Assembly (NCBI GenBank): GCA_049281755.1
Contig: JBAPSR010000458.1
Coordinates: forward strand, 1 to 39,739
Reading direction: 5' to 3'
From: Candidatus Binataceae bacterium
GTDB lineage: Bacteria > Desulfobacterota > Binatia > Binatales > Binataceae
Length of the DNA stretch: 39,739 bases
The translations under genes were made by a program, and so were the position numbers. Each line of letters begins with the position of its first letter. Position 1 is the first letter of the stretch. This document shows positions 28,997 to 39,089 of the stretch, in pieces. The notes beneath the pieces were generated by a model that had not been told where the DNA came from, made no database searches, and saw only the letters and a program-made list of their open reading frames with translations.

Positions 28997-29422
28997 ATGC
29001 TCTCACCCAAAAAAGTAAAATGGCGCAAGATGCAGAAGGGCCGCGTACGCGGCGCCGAATCGCGCGGACTCGAACTCGCGTTCGGCGACTACGGCCTCAA
29101 GGCCACCGAGACGGCGCGGGTCGATGCGCGCGCGCTCGAAGCGGCCCGTATCGCGCTGACCCGGCATATCAAGCGGGGAGGCCGGGTATGGATTCGCGTG
29201 TTCCCCGACAAGCCTTTCACCAAGAAGCCCGCGGAAACCCGGATGGGCAAGGGCAAGGGCGGACCCGAGGGATGGACCGCGGTGGTGCGGCCCGGACGGA
29301 TCCTGTTCGAGATGGAAGGGGTGGATCGGCCCACGGCGCGCGAGGCGATGCGTCTTGCGGCGCACAAGCTGCCGATCAAGACGATTGTTGTGGAACGCGA
29401 GGAGGGCGGCCTTGGAGCTTGA
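28997..29422 (+). CDS. rplP: 50S ribosomal protein L16
   Basis: 141 aa with [16 protein letters not shown]. Confidence 0.98.
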   Translation: MLSPKKVKWRKMQKGRVRGAESRGLELAFGDYGLKATETARVDARALEAARIALTRHIKRGGRVWIRVFPDKPFTKKPAETRMGKGKGGPEGWTAVVRPGRILFEMEGVDRPTAREAMRLAAHKLPIKTIVVEREEGGLGA

Positions 29423-29627
29423 CGAGATCAGGCAGATGAACACGGGCGACCTCCGCGTGAAGGAACGCGAGACGCGGGAGGAGATTTTTCGCCTGCGGCT
29501 CAAGCTGAAGACCAATCAGCTCGACAAGTCGGCGGCACTTACCGTCGCGCGGCGCGAGCTTGCGAGAATTTTGACCGTGATCAAACAAAAGTCCGCGGAC
29601 GCAGACGGCGCCGCGAAAGCGAAGTAA
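29412..29627 (+). CDS. rpmC: 50S ribosomal protein L29
   Basis: In the frame of ORF 29355..29627. TTG at 29412 is preferred because GGAGGG lies 5 nt upstream and the canonical L29 N-terminus (ELDEIRQ...) is retained. This start overlaps the end of rplP. ATG at 29436 is the alternative. Confidence 0.88.
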   Translation: MELDEIRQMNTGDLRVKERETREEIFRLRLKLKTNQLDKSAALTVARRELARILTVIKQKSADADGAAKAK

Positions 29628-29631
29628 CTCG

Positions 29632-29886
29632 ATGCGTGAGCGAACCAAACGGCGCGAAGGTACGGTGGTCTCCGCCAAGATGACCAAGACCGTGGTGGTC
29701 CAGGTCGATCGCCTGGTCGAGCATCCGCTGTACGGAAAACGGATGCGCCGGCGCAAACGCTACATGGCGCACGACGAAGCCAGCCAGTGCCACGAGGGCG
29801 ACCGCGTGCAGATCGTCGAGTCGCGGCCGATGAGCAAAAGCAAGCGCTGGCGGATTAGCAAGATAGTCAAGCGGGCGGCAGGCTGA
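29632..29886 (+). CDS. rpsQ: 30S ribosomal protein S17
   Basis: 84 aa with GTVVSAKMTKTVVVQVDRLVEHPLYGK. Confidence 0.97.
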   Translation: MRERTKRREGTVVSAKMTKTVVVQVDRLVEHPLYGKRMRRRKRYMAHDEASQCHEGDRVQIVESRPMSKSKRWRISKIVKRAAG

Positions 29887-29902
29887 GGGTTAGACAAGCG
29901 CG

Positions 29903-30271
29903 ATGATTCAGGTGCAAACAGTTCTCGACGTCGCCGATAATTCGGGCGCCCGCAAAGTGATGTGTATCAAGGTGCTCGGCGGCTCGCGCCGGCGTTACGC
30001 CTCGGTCGGCGATGTGATCGTGGTTGCGGTCAAGGAAGCGATCCCCAACGCCAAGGTGAAAAAGGGCGAGGTTGCCCGCGCTGTGATCGTACGCACCGCG
30101 CGCGAGATCAGCCGCGACGACGGCAGCTATATCCGTTTCGACGGCAACTCGGCGGTGCTGATCGACGCGCAGCACGAACCGATCGGGACCCGTATCTTTG
30201 GACCGGTCGCGCGCGAGCTGCGCGCCAAGAAGTTCATGAAAATAATTTCACTCGCGCCAGAGGTTCTCTGA
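29903..30271 (+). CDS. rplN: 50S ribosomal protein L14
   Basis: 122 aa beginning [16 protein letters not shown]. Confidence 0.98.
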   Translation: MIQVQTVLDVADNSGARKVMCIKVLGGSRRRYASVGDVIVVAVKEAIPNAKVKKGEVARAVIVRTAREISRDDGSYIRFDGNSAVLIDAQHEPIGTRIFGPVARELRAKKFMKIISLAPEVL

Positions 30272-30272
30272 G

Positions 30273-30611
30273 ATGGCGTCCGCCGCAGCAAAATACAAGA
30301 TCCGCAAGAACGACATGGTGATGGTCGTCAAGGGGCGCGATCGCGGCAAAACCGGCAAGGTGATGCGCGTGCTGTCGGAACGCGGACGTGTAATTGTCGA
30401 GCGGCTCAATATCGTGAAGCGCCACTCGAAGCCGCGCGGCGCAGCGAGCCCCGGCGGAATCGTCGAAAAAGAGGCGCCGCTCAATATCGCCAACGTGATG
30501 TTCTTTTGCGACCGATGCAACGCGCCCGTGCGCCTGGCCGTGAAGCTCGGCGACGACAAGACTCGAACCCGCGTATGCCGCCGATGCGGCGAAGCGGTGG
30601 GTAACGACTGA
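30273..30611 (+). CDS. rplX: 50S ribosomal protein L24 (Zn-ribbon-containing form)
   Basis: 112 aa with a KOW motif ([17 protein letters not shown]) and a C-terminal CDRC...CRRC motif. Confidence 0.96.
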   Translation: MASAAAKYKIRKNDMVMVVKGRDRGKTGKVMRVLSERGRVIVERLNIVKRHSKPRGAASPGGIVEKEAPLNIANVMFFCDRCNAPVRLAVKLGDDKTRTRVCRRCGEAVGND

Positions 30612-31387
30612 TGGCCGACAAGAACGACAAAACCGAAAAGCCGCAAAAGGCCAAAAACCCGGACGCCGCCGCCAAGGGGCAGGCGCAGAAGGCCCAGGCT
30701 GCGAAAGACAAGGCAGCGCGTGCGGAGCAGGCTGCGGCAGCAAAGGCTGCGCCGCGCGAACCCGAGCCGAAAATTCCGGCCCGGATGCGCCTGCGCTATG
30801 AGAGCGAGATCGTGCCGACGCTGATGCGCGAGCTGAAGATCGAGAACAAGATGCGGGTGCCGCGGCTGTCGAAGATCACGATCAACATGGCGCTCAGCGA
30901 GGCGCGCGACAACGTCAAGGTGCTCGACCTGGCAGTCGAGGAGTTGGCGCAGATCTCCGGGCAGAAGCCGGTACTGACGCGCGCGCGCAAGGCGATATCG
31001 AATTTCAAGCTGCGCCAGGGGATGCCGATCGGAACGATGGTCACGCTCAGGCGCGAACGGATGTGGGAATTTTTCGATCGGCTGGTTAACGTCGCACTGC
31101 CGCGCGTGCGCGACTTTCGCGGAATCAGCGACAAGGCGTTCGACGGACGCGGAAACTACTCGCTCGGCCTGCGCGAGCATACGATTTTTCCCGAACTCAA
31201 TCTGGACCGGGTTGATAAGGTAAAGGGACTTACGATTTCAATCACCACCAGCGCGCGCAGCGACTTCGAGGGACTGACCCTGTTGAAGGCGCTCGGGATG
31301 CCGTTTAGGAACCAGGCCGAGCGTGAAGGCCAGCCGGTGACGGCGACGCCGAGCGCGGCGGCGGCGGCGGAGCCCGCGCAGGCTTAA
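30611..31387 (+). CDS. rplE: 50S ribosomal protein L5 (with Lys/Ala-rich N-terminal extension)
   Basis: 258 aa. The ATG overlaps the rplX stop as TGATG. The canonical L5 core starts near M59 (ATG 30785, [11 protein letters not shown]...[11 protein letters not shown]). Whether the upstream 58 codons are translated is an inference. Confidence 0.9.
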   Translation: MADKNDKTEKPQKAKNPDAAAKGQAQKAQAAKDKAARAEQAAAAKAAPREPEPKIPARMRLRYESEIVPTLMRELKIENKMRVPRLSKITINMALSEARDNVKVLDLAVEELAQISGQKPVLTRARKAISNFKLRQGMPIGTMVTLRRERMWEFFDRLVNVALPRVRDFRGISDKAFDGRGNYSLGLREHTIFPELNLDRVDKVKGLTISITTSARSDFEGLTLLKALGMPFRNQAEREGQPVTATPSAAAAAEPAQA

Positions 31388-31415
31388 AGCGCGAGGGTGC
31401 AGGATACAAAGACCG

Positions 31416-31601
31416 ATGGCTAAGAAGTGCCTCAGAATCAAGGCGTTACGCACTCCGAAGTTCAAGGTGCGCACGCATAACCGCTGCCCGCTATGCGGGC
31501 GCTCGCGGGCTTACTACCGACGCTTCAAGATGTGCCGGCTGTGCCTGCGCAAATACGCCCTTAGGGGACAGCTTCCCGGCGTCGTCAAGGCGAGCTGGTA
31601 G
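31416..31601 (+). CDS. rpsZ: 30S ribosomal protein S14, short type-Z Zn-binding form
   Basis: 61 aa with [22 protein letters not shown]. Confidence 0.97.
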   Translation: MAKKCLRIKALRTPKFKVRTHNRCPLCGRSRAYYRRFKMCRLCLRKYALRGQLPGVVKASW

Positions 31602-31614
31602 AGAGAACCAGATA

Positions 31615-32013
31615 ATGTCGAGGACCGATCCGATCGCAGAACTGCTGACCCGTATCCGCAACGCGATGCGTGCGCGGTATAATGAGGTCACTCTCGAACA
31701 CTCGCGGCTGCGCGAAGCGATCTGCCGCGTGCTGGTTGCCGAAGGCTTCCTCGACGGAGTCGAGCCCGCGGGCGAGGATCCCAAGCGCAAGCTCGTGATC
31801 AAGCTGCGCTACTCGGCCGCACGCGAGCCGGTGATCAAGGGAATCGAGCGGGTGAGCAAGCCGAGTCTGCGCCGCTACGCGGGCGCCGACACGATCGCCA
31901 AAGCGCGCGGCGCGATGGGCGTGCATATTGTCTCGACGCCGCTCGGCGTGATGAGCGGGCGCGAGGCGCGCCGCAAACGAGTAGGCGGAGAAATTCTCTG
32001 CCGGGTCTGGTAA
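31615..32013 (+). CDS. rpsH: 30S ribosomal protein S8
   Basis: 132 aa beginning TDPIAELLTRIRNA. Confidence 0.98.
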   Translation: MSRTDPIAELLTRIRNAMRARYNEVTLEHSRLREAICRVLVAEGFLDGVEPAGEDPKRKLVIKLRYSAAREPVIKGIERVSKPSLRRYAGADTIAKARGAMGVHIVSTPLGVMSGREARRKRVGGEILCRVW

Positions 32014-32025
32014 ACGGAGCCGTCG

Positions 32026-32577
32026 ATGTCGCGCATAGGAAGACTACCGGTAAAACTCGAAAAGGGCGTCAAAGCCGAACTTTCCGGCACGACGATCAAG
32101 GTCGAGGGCCCCAAGGGCAAGCTCGGGCATCAGTTGCCGCCCGGCTTTACGGTCGAGATCAATGGCGCCGAGCTGGTCGTAAAACGTCCGGGCGATTCCA
32201 ACCTCGAGCGGTCGCTGCATGGACTGACGCGCAAGCTGATTGCCAATATGGCCGAAGGCGTCAGCAAGGGCTTCACCAAGGTTCTCGAGATCAACGGAGT
32301 TGGTTACCGCGCGGAAGCGAAGGGCGCGCAGATCAATTTGAGCCTCGGCTACTCGCATCCGATCGTGTACCAGTTGCCGCCGGGGGTGACCGCTAAAGTC
32401 GACCGGCAGGTGACGATCACGCTCGAGAGCGCCGATCGCCAGTTGCTCGGCTCGGTCGCATCAGAGGTGCGCGAGCTCAGGCCGCCGGAACCGTACAAGG
32501 GCAAGGGAATCAAGTACGCGACCGAAACGATTCGCCGCAAGGCGGGAAAAGCCGCAGCCGGATCGACTTCGGCGTAG
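32026..32577 (+). CDS. rplF: 50S ribosomal protein L6
   Basis: 183 aa beginning MSRIGRLPV, with EPYKGKGIKY near the C-terminus. Confidence 0.98.
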   Translation: MSRIGRLPVKLEKGVKAELSGTTIKVEGPKGKLGHQLPPGFTVEINGAELVVKRPGDSNLERSLHGLTRKLIANMAEGVSKGFTKVLEINGVGYRAEAKGAQINLSLGYSHPIVYQLPPGVTAKVDRQVTITLESADRQLLGSVASEVRELRPPEPYKGKGIKYATETIRRKAGKAAAGSTSA

Positions 32578-32610
32578 AGCGAATAAGCAGGGCACCAAGA
32601 GTCAACCACG

Positions 32611-32973
32611 ATGCAATCACAGCGGGCAGAAAAACGGGGTTTGCGCCGTCAGCGCGTGCGCCGCAAGGCGACAGGCACCGATGCGCGGCCGCGGCTTTCG
32701 ATTTATCGGTCGCTCAACCATATTTACGCGCAGGTGATTTCCGACCAGAGCGGCAACACGATCGCAGCGGCTTCCACTCAGAGCGAAGCGGTGCGCGACG
32801 TGCTCAAGAGCAAGCGCAATCTCGCCGCCGCCAAAGCGGTCGGCAAGGCGATCGCTGAAAAGTGCCAGGCTGCCGGAATCCAGAGCGTGGTGTTCGACCG
32901 CAATGGCTTTCTCTATCATGGACGGGTAAAGGCGCTGGCCGACGCGGCGCGCGAAGCCGGACTAAAGTTCTGA
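32611..32973 (+). CDS. rplR: 50S ribosomal protein L18
   Basis: 120 aa with [17 protein letters not shown] and [26 protein letters not shown]. Confidence 0.98.
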   Translation: MQSQRAEKRGLRRQRVRRKATGTDARPRLSIYRSLNHIYAQVISDQSGNTIAAASTQSEAVRDVLKSKRNLAAAKAVGKAIAEKCQAAGIQSVVFDRNGFLYHGRVKALADAAREAGLKF

Positions 32974-32988
32974 AAATCGAGGCACTAA

Positions 32989-33501
32989 GTGGCGCAACGC
33001 ATTGACCCGCAAGGGCTCGAAATCAAGGAAAAGGTCGTCCATATCAACCGCGTCGCGAAGGTTGTGAAGGGCGGACGCCGCTTCAGCTTCTCAGCGCTGG
33101 TAGTCGCGGGCGATCACAACGGACTCGTCGGCTTCGGCCTCGGCAAAGCCAACGAAGTCCCCGAGGCGATTCGCAAAGGCGTCGAGCGCGCCAAGAAGAG
33201 CCTCATTCGAGTGCCGTTGCGCAACGGCACGATTCCGCACGAAGTGGTCGGCCATTTCGGCGCGGGCCGCGTCGTTCTGCGTCCGGCGGCCGAAGGAACC
33301 GGCGTTATCGCGGCGGGCGGAGTGCGGGCGGTCGTCGAGCTTTGCGGAATCCGCAATATTCTGACCAAGCGGCTGGGTTCCTCGAATCCGCACAATCTGG
33401 TCAAGGCAACCCTCGAGGCGCTGCTCGAACTTCGCAGCCCCGAAGATATTTTGAAGCTGCGTGCGCGCTCGGGATCCGGCGAACGTCCCGAGGCGGCCTG
33501 A
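32989..33501 (+). CDS. rpsE: 30S ribosomal protein S5
   Basis: GTG start, 170 aa. Contains [27 protein letters not shown]. Confidence 0.98.
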   Translation: MAQRIDPQGLEIKEKVVHINRVAKVVKGGRRFSFSALVVAGDHNGLVGFGLGKANEVPEAIRKGVERAKKSLIRVPLRNGTIPHEVVGHFGAGRVVLRPAAEGTGVIAAGGVRAVVELCGIRNILTKRLGSSNPHNLVKATLEALLELRSPEDILKLRARSGSGERPEAA

Positions 33502-33536
33502 GGCGAACAAGCAATCAGTCAAGCAGGTCGATTAAG

Positions 33537-33719
33537 ATGAGTCAGAAAGTCCGCGTCAAACTCGTGCACAGTCCGATCGGGACCAACAAGCGCGTGCGCG
33601 CAACCGTGCGTGGCCTCGGTCTCACCAAGGTCGGCAGTGAACGCGAACTCGAGCGCACGGCCCCGGTCGAGGGGATGATCAAGCGGCTGAAGCATCTGGT
33701 GGCGGTGATCGAGAGCTGA
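33537..33719 (+). CDS. rpmD: 50S ribosomal protein L30
   Basis: ORF 33342..33719 trimmed to ATG 33537, because the upstream part overlaps rpsE. The 60-aa product reads [25 protein letters not shown]. Confidence 0.95.
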   Translation: MSQKVRVKLVHSPIGTNKRVRATVRGLGLTKVGSERELERTAPVEGMIKRLKHLVAVIES

Positions 33720-33769
33720 GCGGCGCACGACACAAGTAGCCGCATCAAGTGCAATAATTAGAGGACGCG

Positions 33770-34237
33770 ATGAATCTCAGCGATTTGAAACCTGCTCCCC
33801 GCTCGAAGCATCGCATCAAGCGAATCGGACGCGGAATCGGCTCGGGCCACGGAAAGACTTCCGGCCGCGGACACAAAGGTCTCGGCTCGCGCTCGCACGG
33901 CAATACTCCGCCAGGCTACGAGGGCGGGCAGATGCCGCTCCAGCGGCGCACGCCCAAGCAGGGCTTTCGCCGGCTGCAGAAGAACGAGACCCGGCGCGAG
34001 AAGTTCGATCTGGTGAATATCGCGAGCCTTTCAGGGTTCGCCGACGGCGCGACGATTGATGCTGCCGCGCTGGCCGCTCGCGGAATTACGCGCAAAGGGC
34101 GTAAGATCAAGATTCTCGGTTCGGGTGAGTTGAAGACCAGGCTCACGGTTCGCGCCGACGCCTTTTCGGGCAGCGCGCGCGAGAAGATCGCCGCCGCCGG
34201 CGGCAGCGCGGAGCTTATCGCCCCGGCCAATGCCTGA
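33770..34237 (+). CDS. rplO: 50S ribosomal protein L15
   Basis: 155 aa with [18 protein letters not shown]. Confidence 0.98.
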   Translation: MNLSDLKPAPRSKHRIKRIGRGIGSGHGKTSGRGHKGLGSRSHGNTPPGYEGGQMPLQRRTPKQGFRRLQKNETRREKFDLVNIASLSGFADGATIDAAALAARGITRKGRKIKILGSGELKTRLTVRADAFSGSAREKIAAAGGSAELIAPANA

Positions 34238-35544
34238 TGCTTGACGGGTTATCAAACGCCTCGCATATACCGGAGTTGCGCCGCCGGCTGCTGTTTACCG
34301 CCATGATGCTGGCGGTGTTCCGGCTTGGCGTGGCGGTGCCGACGCCGGGAATCGACGGGCAGGCGCTGGCTTCGTTCTTCGATGCGGCGTCGGGCACGAT
34401 GTTCGGTTGGGTGAACCTGTTCTCGGGCGGCGCGCTCGAACAATTCTCGGTCTTCGCGCTCGGGATCATGCCGTACATCACCGTGGCGATCATTATCGAT
34501 CTGCTCAAGGTCGCGTCGCCATATATCGACGAGCTCTACAAGGAAGGTGAGGCCGGCCGCCGCAAGATTACGCAGTACACGCGCTATGCGACGGTGGGCC
34601 TTTCGATCCTGCAGGGCACGATGATCGCGATCGGGCTCGAGAAGATCCAGGCTCCCGGCGGCGGCTCGGTCGTATACTCGCCGGGACCCGCGTTTATCAC
34701 GATGACCGTGATCACGGTCACGGCGGGCGCTATGTTCGTCATGTGGCTCGGCGAGCAGATCACTGAGCGCGGCATCGGCAATGGTATTTCGCTGGTGATC
34801 ATGGCCGGTATCGTCGCGCGGCTGCCGAGCGCACTCGGCGCCACTACCCAGTATGTGCGATCGGGCGAGATGAGCGTCTTCGCGCTCACCTTCATCCTGC
34901 TGTTAGCGGTCGGTGTCACCGCGCTGATCGTGTATCTCGAGACCGCGCAGCGCCGCATCCCGATTCAATACGCCCGCCGGGTGGTTGGACGGCGCGTCTA
35001 TGGAGGGCAGGCGTCGCATCTGCCGCTCAAGATCAACACCTCGGGGGTTATTCCGCCGATCTTCGCGTCGTCGATCCTGGTCTTTCCGGCCACGGTCGCG
35101 CAGTTTTTGCCTTCGCTCAAGGATTACTCGGCCTTCCTGATGCCTGGCGGATTCACTTACGACTTCGTCTACGTGATCCTGATCGTGTTCTTCTGTTATT
35201 TTTACACGGCGGTCACGTTCAACCCGGTTGACGTTGCCGACAACCTGAAAAAATATGGCGGCTTTATACCGGGTATCCGGCCGGGCCGCTACACGGCGGA
35301 ATATATCGACCGCGTGCTGTCGCGGATCACGCTGGGTGGCGCTATCTACGTCAGCGCCGTCTGTGTTCTGCCGACGATTTTGATCGCGCGCTTTAACGTG
35401 CCGTTTTACTTCGGCGGCACAGCACTCCTGATCGTGGTCGGCGTCGCGCTCGATACGATCGCCCAGATCGAAACCCATCTGCTCACGCGCAACTATGAAG
35501 GGTTCATGCGCCGCGGGCGGGTGAAATCGCGCAAAGGTGCGTAA
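34237..35544 (+). CDS. secY: Preprotein translocase subunit SecY
   Basis: 435 aa with ten hydrophobic segments and SecY signature regions. TGATG overlap with rplO. Confidence 0.98.
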   Translation: MLDGLSNASHIPELRRRLLFTAMMLAVFRLGVAVPTPGIDGQALASFFDAASGTMFGWVNLFSGGALEQFSVFALGIMPYITVAIIIDLLKVASPYIDELYKEGEAGRRKITQYTRYATVGLSILQGTMIAIGLEKIQAPGGGSVVYSPGPAFITMTVITVTAGAMFVMWLGEQITERGIGNGISLVIMAGIVARLPSALGATTQYVRSGEMSVFALTFILLLAVGVTALIVYLETAQRRIPIQYARRVVGRRVYGGQASHLPLKINTSGVIPPIFASSILVFPATVAQFLPSLKDYSAFLMPGGFTYDFVYVILIVFFCYFYTAVTFNPVDVADNLKKYGGFIPGIRPGRYTAEYIDRVLSRITLGGAIYVSAVCVLPTILIARFNVPFYFGGTALLIVVGVALDTIAQIETHLLTRNYEGFMRRGRVKSRKGA

Positions 35545-35547
35545 ACT

Positions 35548-36258
35548 GTGCGATTGGTACTCTTGGGCCCGCCCGGGGCGGGCAAGGGCACGCAGGCGCG
35601 GATGCTTCGTGAGCTGGCCGGCATCCCCCAAATCTCCAGCGGTGATCTGCTGCGCGCTGCGGTTCACGAGAACACTCCGTTTGGCGTCGAAGCAGCAAGC
35701 TACATGGACCGCGGAGAGCTGGTCCCGGATGATCTGGTGTTGAACCTGATCGACAGCCGGCTCGACGCGGACGATGCGAAAAAGGGCTTTATCCTCGATG
35801 GGTTTCCGCGCTCGGTCGCACAGGCCGAGGCGCTGCGTGCGATGCTGCTCAAGCGCAGCGGCAAGTCTCTGGATCGGGTGATCGCGCTGAGCGTGCCGGA
35901 CGAGGAAATCGTCCGCCGCATTTCGGGTCGGCGCACCTGCACCAAGTGCGGCGCAATGTATCATGTCGTTTCCGAGCCGCCCAAAAAACCGGGCATATGC
36001 GACAAGTGCGGCGGCGAGCTTTATCTGCGTGAGGATGACTCCGAAGCTACCGTGCGCAATCGGCTCAATGTGTACAACGCCACTACCCGCCCACTACTTG
36101 ATTTCTACGGCGGTCTGAAAGTGCTGGCGCAGATCGACGGGATGGGCAAGCCCGAAGAAGTTGACGCGCGGATTATCGCCACGCTCGACGGACTGTTGCC
36201 CAAAAACGGGTCGAACAAGACCGCTCGCGCCAAGGCGTCCCGGGCCAAGGGCAACTGA
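35548..36258 (+). CDS. adk: Adenylate kinase (Zn-binding LID, basic C-terminal tail)
   Basis: GTG start, 236 aa. P-loop GPPGAGKGTQ and LID CTKCG...CDKCGG. Confidence 0.97.
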   Translation: MRLVLLGPPGAGKGTQARMLRELAGIPQISSGDLLRAAVHENTPFGVEAASYMDRGELVPDDLVLNLIDSRLDADDAKKGFILDGFPRSVAQAEALRAMLLKRSGKSLDRVIALSVPDEEIVRRISGRRTCTKCGAMYHVVSEPPKKPGICDKCGGELYLREDDSEATVRNRLNVYNATTRPLLDFYGGLKVLAQIDGMGKPEEVDARIIATLDGLLPKNGSNKTARAKASRAKGN

Positions 36259-36271
36259 AGCCGGCTTTTCG

Positions 36272-37042
36272 ATGATCACGATCAAGACCACTGAGGAAAT
36301 CGCAATCATGCGCCGCGCGAGCCAGATCGTGGCCGAGGTGCTCGACGCGTTGGTCGGCGCGGTGCGTCCCGGCGTTGCCACCCAGGAGCTCGACGCGCTG
36401 GCCGAACGGCTAACGGTCGAAAAGGGCGCGCGCCCAGCGTTCAAGGGTTACAAGCCGGGTGACGTGGTTTATCCCAAGTCGTTGTGCGTATCGATCAATG
36501 AAGAAATCGTTCACGGGATCCCGTCGGGCCGGAAGCTCAAGGCCGGCGATATCGTTGGACTTGATTATGGCGTCGTGTACCAGGGCTTCTTCGGCGACTC
36601 CGCGCGGACCGTTCCTGTTGGTCAGGTACCGGAGAGCACTCAACGCCTGCTGCGCGTCACGCGCGAGGCCCTGTATGCCGGAATCGCGCAGGCGCATGCC
36701 GGCAACAGAATTTCGGATATCGGACGCGCGGTGCAGGCGGTGGCCGAAAACGCGGGCTACTCGGTGGTGACGGATTTCGCCGGGCACGGAATTGGTCGGC
36801 GGCTCCACGAGGATCCGCAAGTGCCCAATTATTTCCGGCGTGGGATGCCGAATCCCCGGCTCCAGGAGGGGATGGCGCTGGCAATCGAGCCGATGGTTAA
36901 CGAGGGGACACCCGAATTGGAGATACTCGCGGATGGGTGGACTGCGGTAACCGCAGACGGTAAACTATCGGCCCACTTCGAGCATTCGATCGCAATCACC
37001 TCAAACGGGCCGATTATCCTGAGCGAGTTGGACAATGTCTAA
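36272..37042 (+). CDS. map: Methionine aminopeptidase, type I
   Basis: ORF 36161..37042 trimmed to ATG 36272, because the upstream part overlaps adk. The 256-aa product contains metal-ligand motifs consistent with MetAP1 (HGIP, GDIVGLD, GHGIG, EPM). Confidence 0.95.
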   Translation: MITIKTTEEIAIMRRASQIVAEVLDALVGAVRPGVATQELDALAERLTVEKGARPAFKGYKPGDVVYPKSLCVSINEEIVHGIPSGRKLKAGDIVGLDYGVVYQGFFGDSARTVPVGQVPESTQRLLRVTREALYAGIAQAHAGNRISDIGRAVQAVAENAGYSVVTDFAGHGIGRRLHEDPQVPNYFRRGMPNPRLQEGMALAIEPMVNEGTPELEILADGWTAVTADGKLSAHFEHSIAITSNGPIILSELDNV

Positions 37043-37253
37043 GGGCGACTCTATCGAAGTTCAGGGAATGGTCAATGAGGCGCTGCCGAACGCGGTGTTT
37101 CGGGTGACGCTCGACAACGGGCACAAGGTGTTGGCGCATATTTCGGGTAAAATGCGGATGCATTACATCAAGATTCTTCCCGGCGACAAGGTCACGGTGG
37201 AACTGTCCCCGTACGATCTGACCCGCGGCCGGATCACCTACCGGCAGCGCTAA
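37035..37253 (+). CDS. infA: Translation initiation factor IF-1
   Basis: 72 aa with [36 protein letters not shown]. Overlaps map by 8 nt. Confidence 0.98.
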   Translation: MSKGDSIEVQGMVNEALPNAVFRVTLDNGHKVLAHISGKMRMHYIKILPGDKVTVELSPYDLTRGRITYRQR

Positions 37254-37277
37254 GCGCCGGCTATACGGTACGAAACG

Positions 37278-37391
37278 ATGAAGGTTCGAGCTTCGGTAAA
37301 AAAGATTTGCAAGAATTGCAAGGTGGTGCGCCGGCAAGGCGTCGTGCGCATCCTGTGCTCCAACCCGCGCCATAAGCAGCGCCAGGGCTAG
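37278..37391 (+). CDS. rpmJ: 50S ribosomal protein L36 (Zn-binding form)
   Basis: Absent from the ORF track. Hand translation gives [37 protein letters not shown] with stop TAG at 37389..37391. Confidence 0.95.
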   Translation: MKVRASVKKICKNCKVVRRQGVVRILCSNPRHKQRQG

Positions 37392-37430
37392 AGCCATGCT
37401 CAAGACCAGAAGGCTCAGAAGGAATTTGCG

Positions 37431-37811
37431 ATGGCACGTGTAGCGGGAGTTGAACTGCCGAAGAACAAGCGGATGGAAATCGCGCTCACCTATATCTATG
37501 GGATCGGGCGCTCCGCCGCGGTCAAGATTCTCGACAAGGCGGGAGTCGATCGCGCGCGCAAGAGCGACGACCTGAGCGCCGAAGAGCAGAGCCGCATCCG
37601 GCAGGTGATCGATACCGACTTCGAGGTCGAAGGCGATCTGCGGCGCGAGATGCAGCAGAACATCAAGCGCCTGATGGACCTCGGATGCTACCGCGGCATC
37701 CGTCATCGCCGCTCGCTGCCGGTGCGCGGCCAGCGCACCCATACCAACGCGCGTACCCGCAAAGGTCCGCGCAAAGTGGTCGCGGGCAAGAAGCAGGCGC
37801 CGACCAAGTAA
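37431..37811 (+). CDS. rpsM: 30S ribosomal protein S13
   Basis: 126 aa beginning [14 protein letters not shown], with [19 protein letters not shown]. Confidence 0.98.
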   Translation: MARVAGVELPKNKRMEIALTYIYGIGRSAAVKILDKAGVDRARKSDDLSAEEQSRIRQVIDTDFEVEGDLRREMQQNIKRLMDLGCYRGIRHRRSLPVRGQRTHTNARTRKGPRKVVAGKKQAPTK

Positions 37812-37888
37812 AAACGGCCGCCGCGTGCGAAGCGGGCCCAAAAGATTTTCGACAGATTTCTGACCGGGAGTTTTAGACGAGAGACCAG

Positions 37889-38350
37889 ATGGCAGACGAA
37901 ACCAAAGAGACCAAAGAGGCACCTGCGGCCGGCGCGGAAAAAGGCGCTGCTGCTGCCGGCGCGGCTGCGGCTCCCGCACCACGGCGCAAGCGCACCAAGC
38001 GATCGGTGCCCGAAGGTATCGCGCATATCCATGCGACCTTCAACAACACGATCGTCACTATCACCGATCAGAACGGCCTCGTGATTGCGTGGGCGAGCGC
38101 CGGCTCGGTCGGGTTCAAAGGCTCGCGCAAGGGAACTCCGTACGCGGCGCAGATGGCGGCAGAGGCGTGCGCGCGTAAATGCTCGGAAGTCGGAATGCGC
38201 GCAGTGGTCGCCTACGTAAAGGGTCCTGGCGGCGGCCGCGAATCGGCGGTGCGCGCGTTGCAGGCTGCTGGTCTGGGCGTGATTTCAATCAAAGACGTGA
38301 CCCCGATACCGCACAACGGATGCCGTCCGCCGAAGCGGCGCAGGGTCTGA
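37889..38350 (+). CDS. rpsK: 30S ribosomal protein S11 (with Ala-rich N-terminal extension)
   Basis: 153 aa. The core reads [18 protein letters not shown]...[11 protein letters not shown]. Confidence 0.96.
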   Translation: MADETKETKEAPAAGAEKGAAAAGAAAAPAPRRKRTKRSVPEGIAHIHATFNNTIVTITDQNGLVIAWASAGSVGFKGSRKGTPYAAQMAAEACARKCSEVGMRAVVAYVKGPGGGRESAVRALQAAGLGVISIKDVTPIPHNGCRPPKRRRV

Positions 38351-38376
38351 TCACCTTTTAGGAAGGACGAAGGCAC

Positions 38377-39003
38377 GTGGCGAGAAATCTTGGTCCTGTA
38401 TGCCGGCTATGCCGGCGCGAAGGGTTGAAGCTCTTCCTCAAGGGAGAGCGATGCTTCAGCGACAAGTGTGCGATCGAGCGGCGCAACTATCCGCCCGGCG
38501 CGCACGGACAATCGCGCACCCGGTTCTCCGAGTTCGCAATCCGTCTGCGTGAAAAGCAGAAGGTGAAGCGAATCTACGGAATGCTCGAGAAGCAGTTCTC
38601 GCATTACTTCGAGGAGGCCGAGCGCCTGCCCGGAATCACCGGTGAGAATCTGCTGGTGCTGCTCGAGCGGCGGCTCGACAACGCGGTGTACAAGCTGGGC
38701 TTCGCGAGTTCGCTCGCGCAGTCGCGCCAGCTCGTGCGCCACGGGCATTACCAGGTTAACGGCAGGACCGTCACGATCCCCTCGTATCAGCTCGAAGTCG
38801 GCGACGTGGTGAGCATCACCGAGAAGAGCAGAACTAAAAAGGTGATCGTCGAGGCGATCGAGATGGCGCAGCGGCGCGGCACGCCGCCGTGGATGGCGCT
38901 CGAGCGCGAGCAGTTCCGCGGCACCTTCAAGGCTTTGCCCGCGCGCGGCGATTTGACCATGCCGATCAGCGAAAAACTGATCGTGGAACATTATTCGAGA
39001 TAA
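38377..39003 (+). CDS. rpsD: 30S ribosomal protein S4 (Cys4 form)
   Basis: GTG start, 208 aa. N-terminal CRLCRREG...CFSDKC and an S4 RNA-binding domain. Confidence 0.98.
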   Translation: MARNLGPVCRLCRREGLKLFLKGERCFSDKCAIERRNYPPGAHGQSRTRFSEFAIRLREKQKVKRIYGMLEKQFSHYFEEAERLPGITGENLLVLLERRLDNAVYKLGFASSLAQSRQLVRHGHYQVNGRTVTIPSYQLEVGDVVSITEKSRTKKVIVEAIEMAQRRGTPPWMALEREQFRGTFKALPARGDLTMPISEKLIVEHYSR

Positions 39004-39089
39004 CCCCTAACGGAGGCGGAGCTGCCTGCGGGGTCCGTGGCGGACCCGACTGCGGCTAAAGTCCCAACAGCTCTCAAAGCGGCGAAATT

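Noticed and set aside
30248-31180. 310-aa minus-strand ORF antisense to rplX/rplE, plus the similar ORF at 30234..30743
   Set aside because: These are antisense to ribosomal protein genes and carry no independent signals.
34903-35964. 353-aa minus-strand ORF antisense to secY/adk
   Set aside because: It shadows two conserved genes and has an Arg/Asp/Ala-rich artefactual composition.
37014-37982. 322-aa minus-strand ORF spanning infA, rpmJ, rpsM and the start of rpsK
   Set aside because: It crosses four conserved plus-strand genes and their spacers. The low-complexity Arg/Ala/Leu-rich product has no motifs. It is an artefact.
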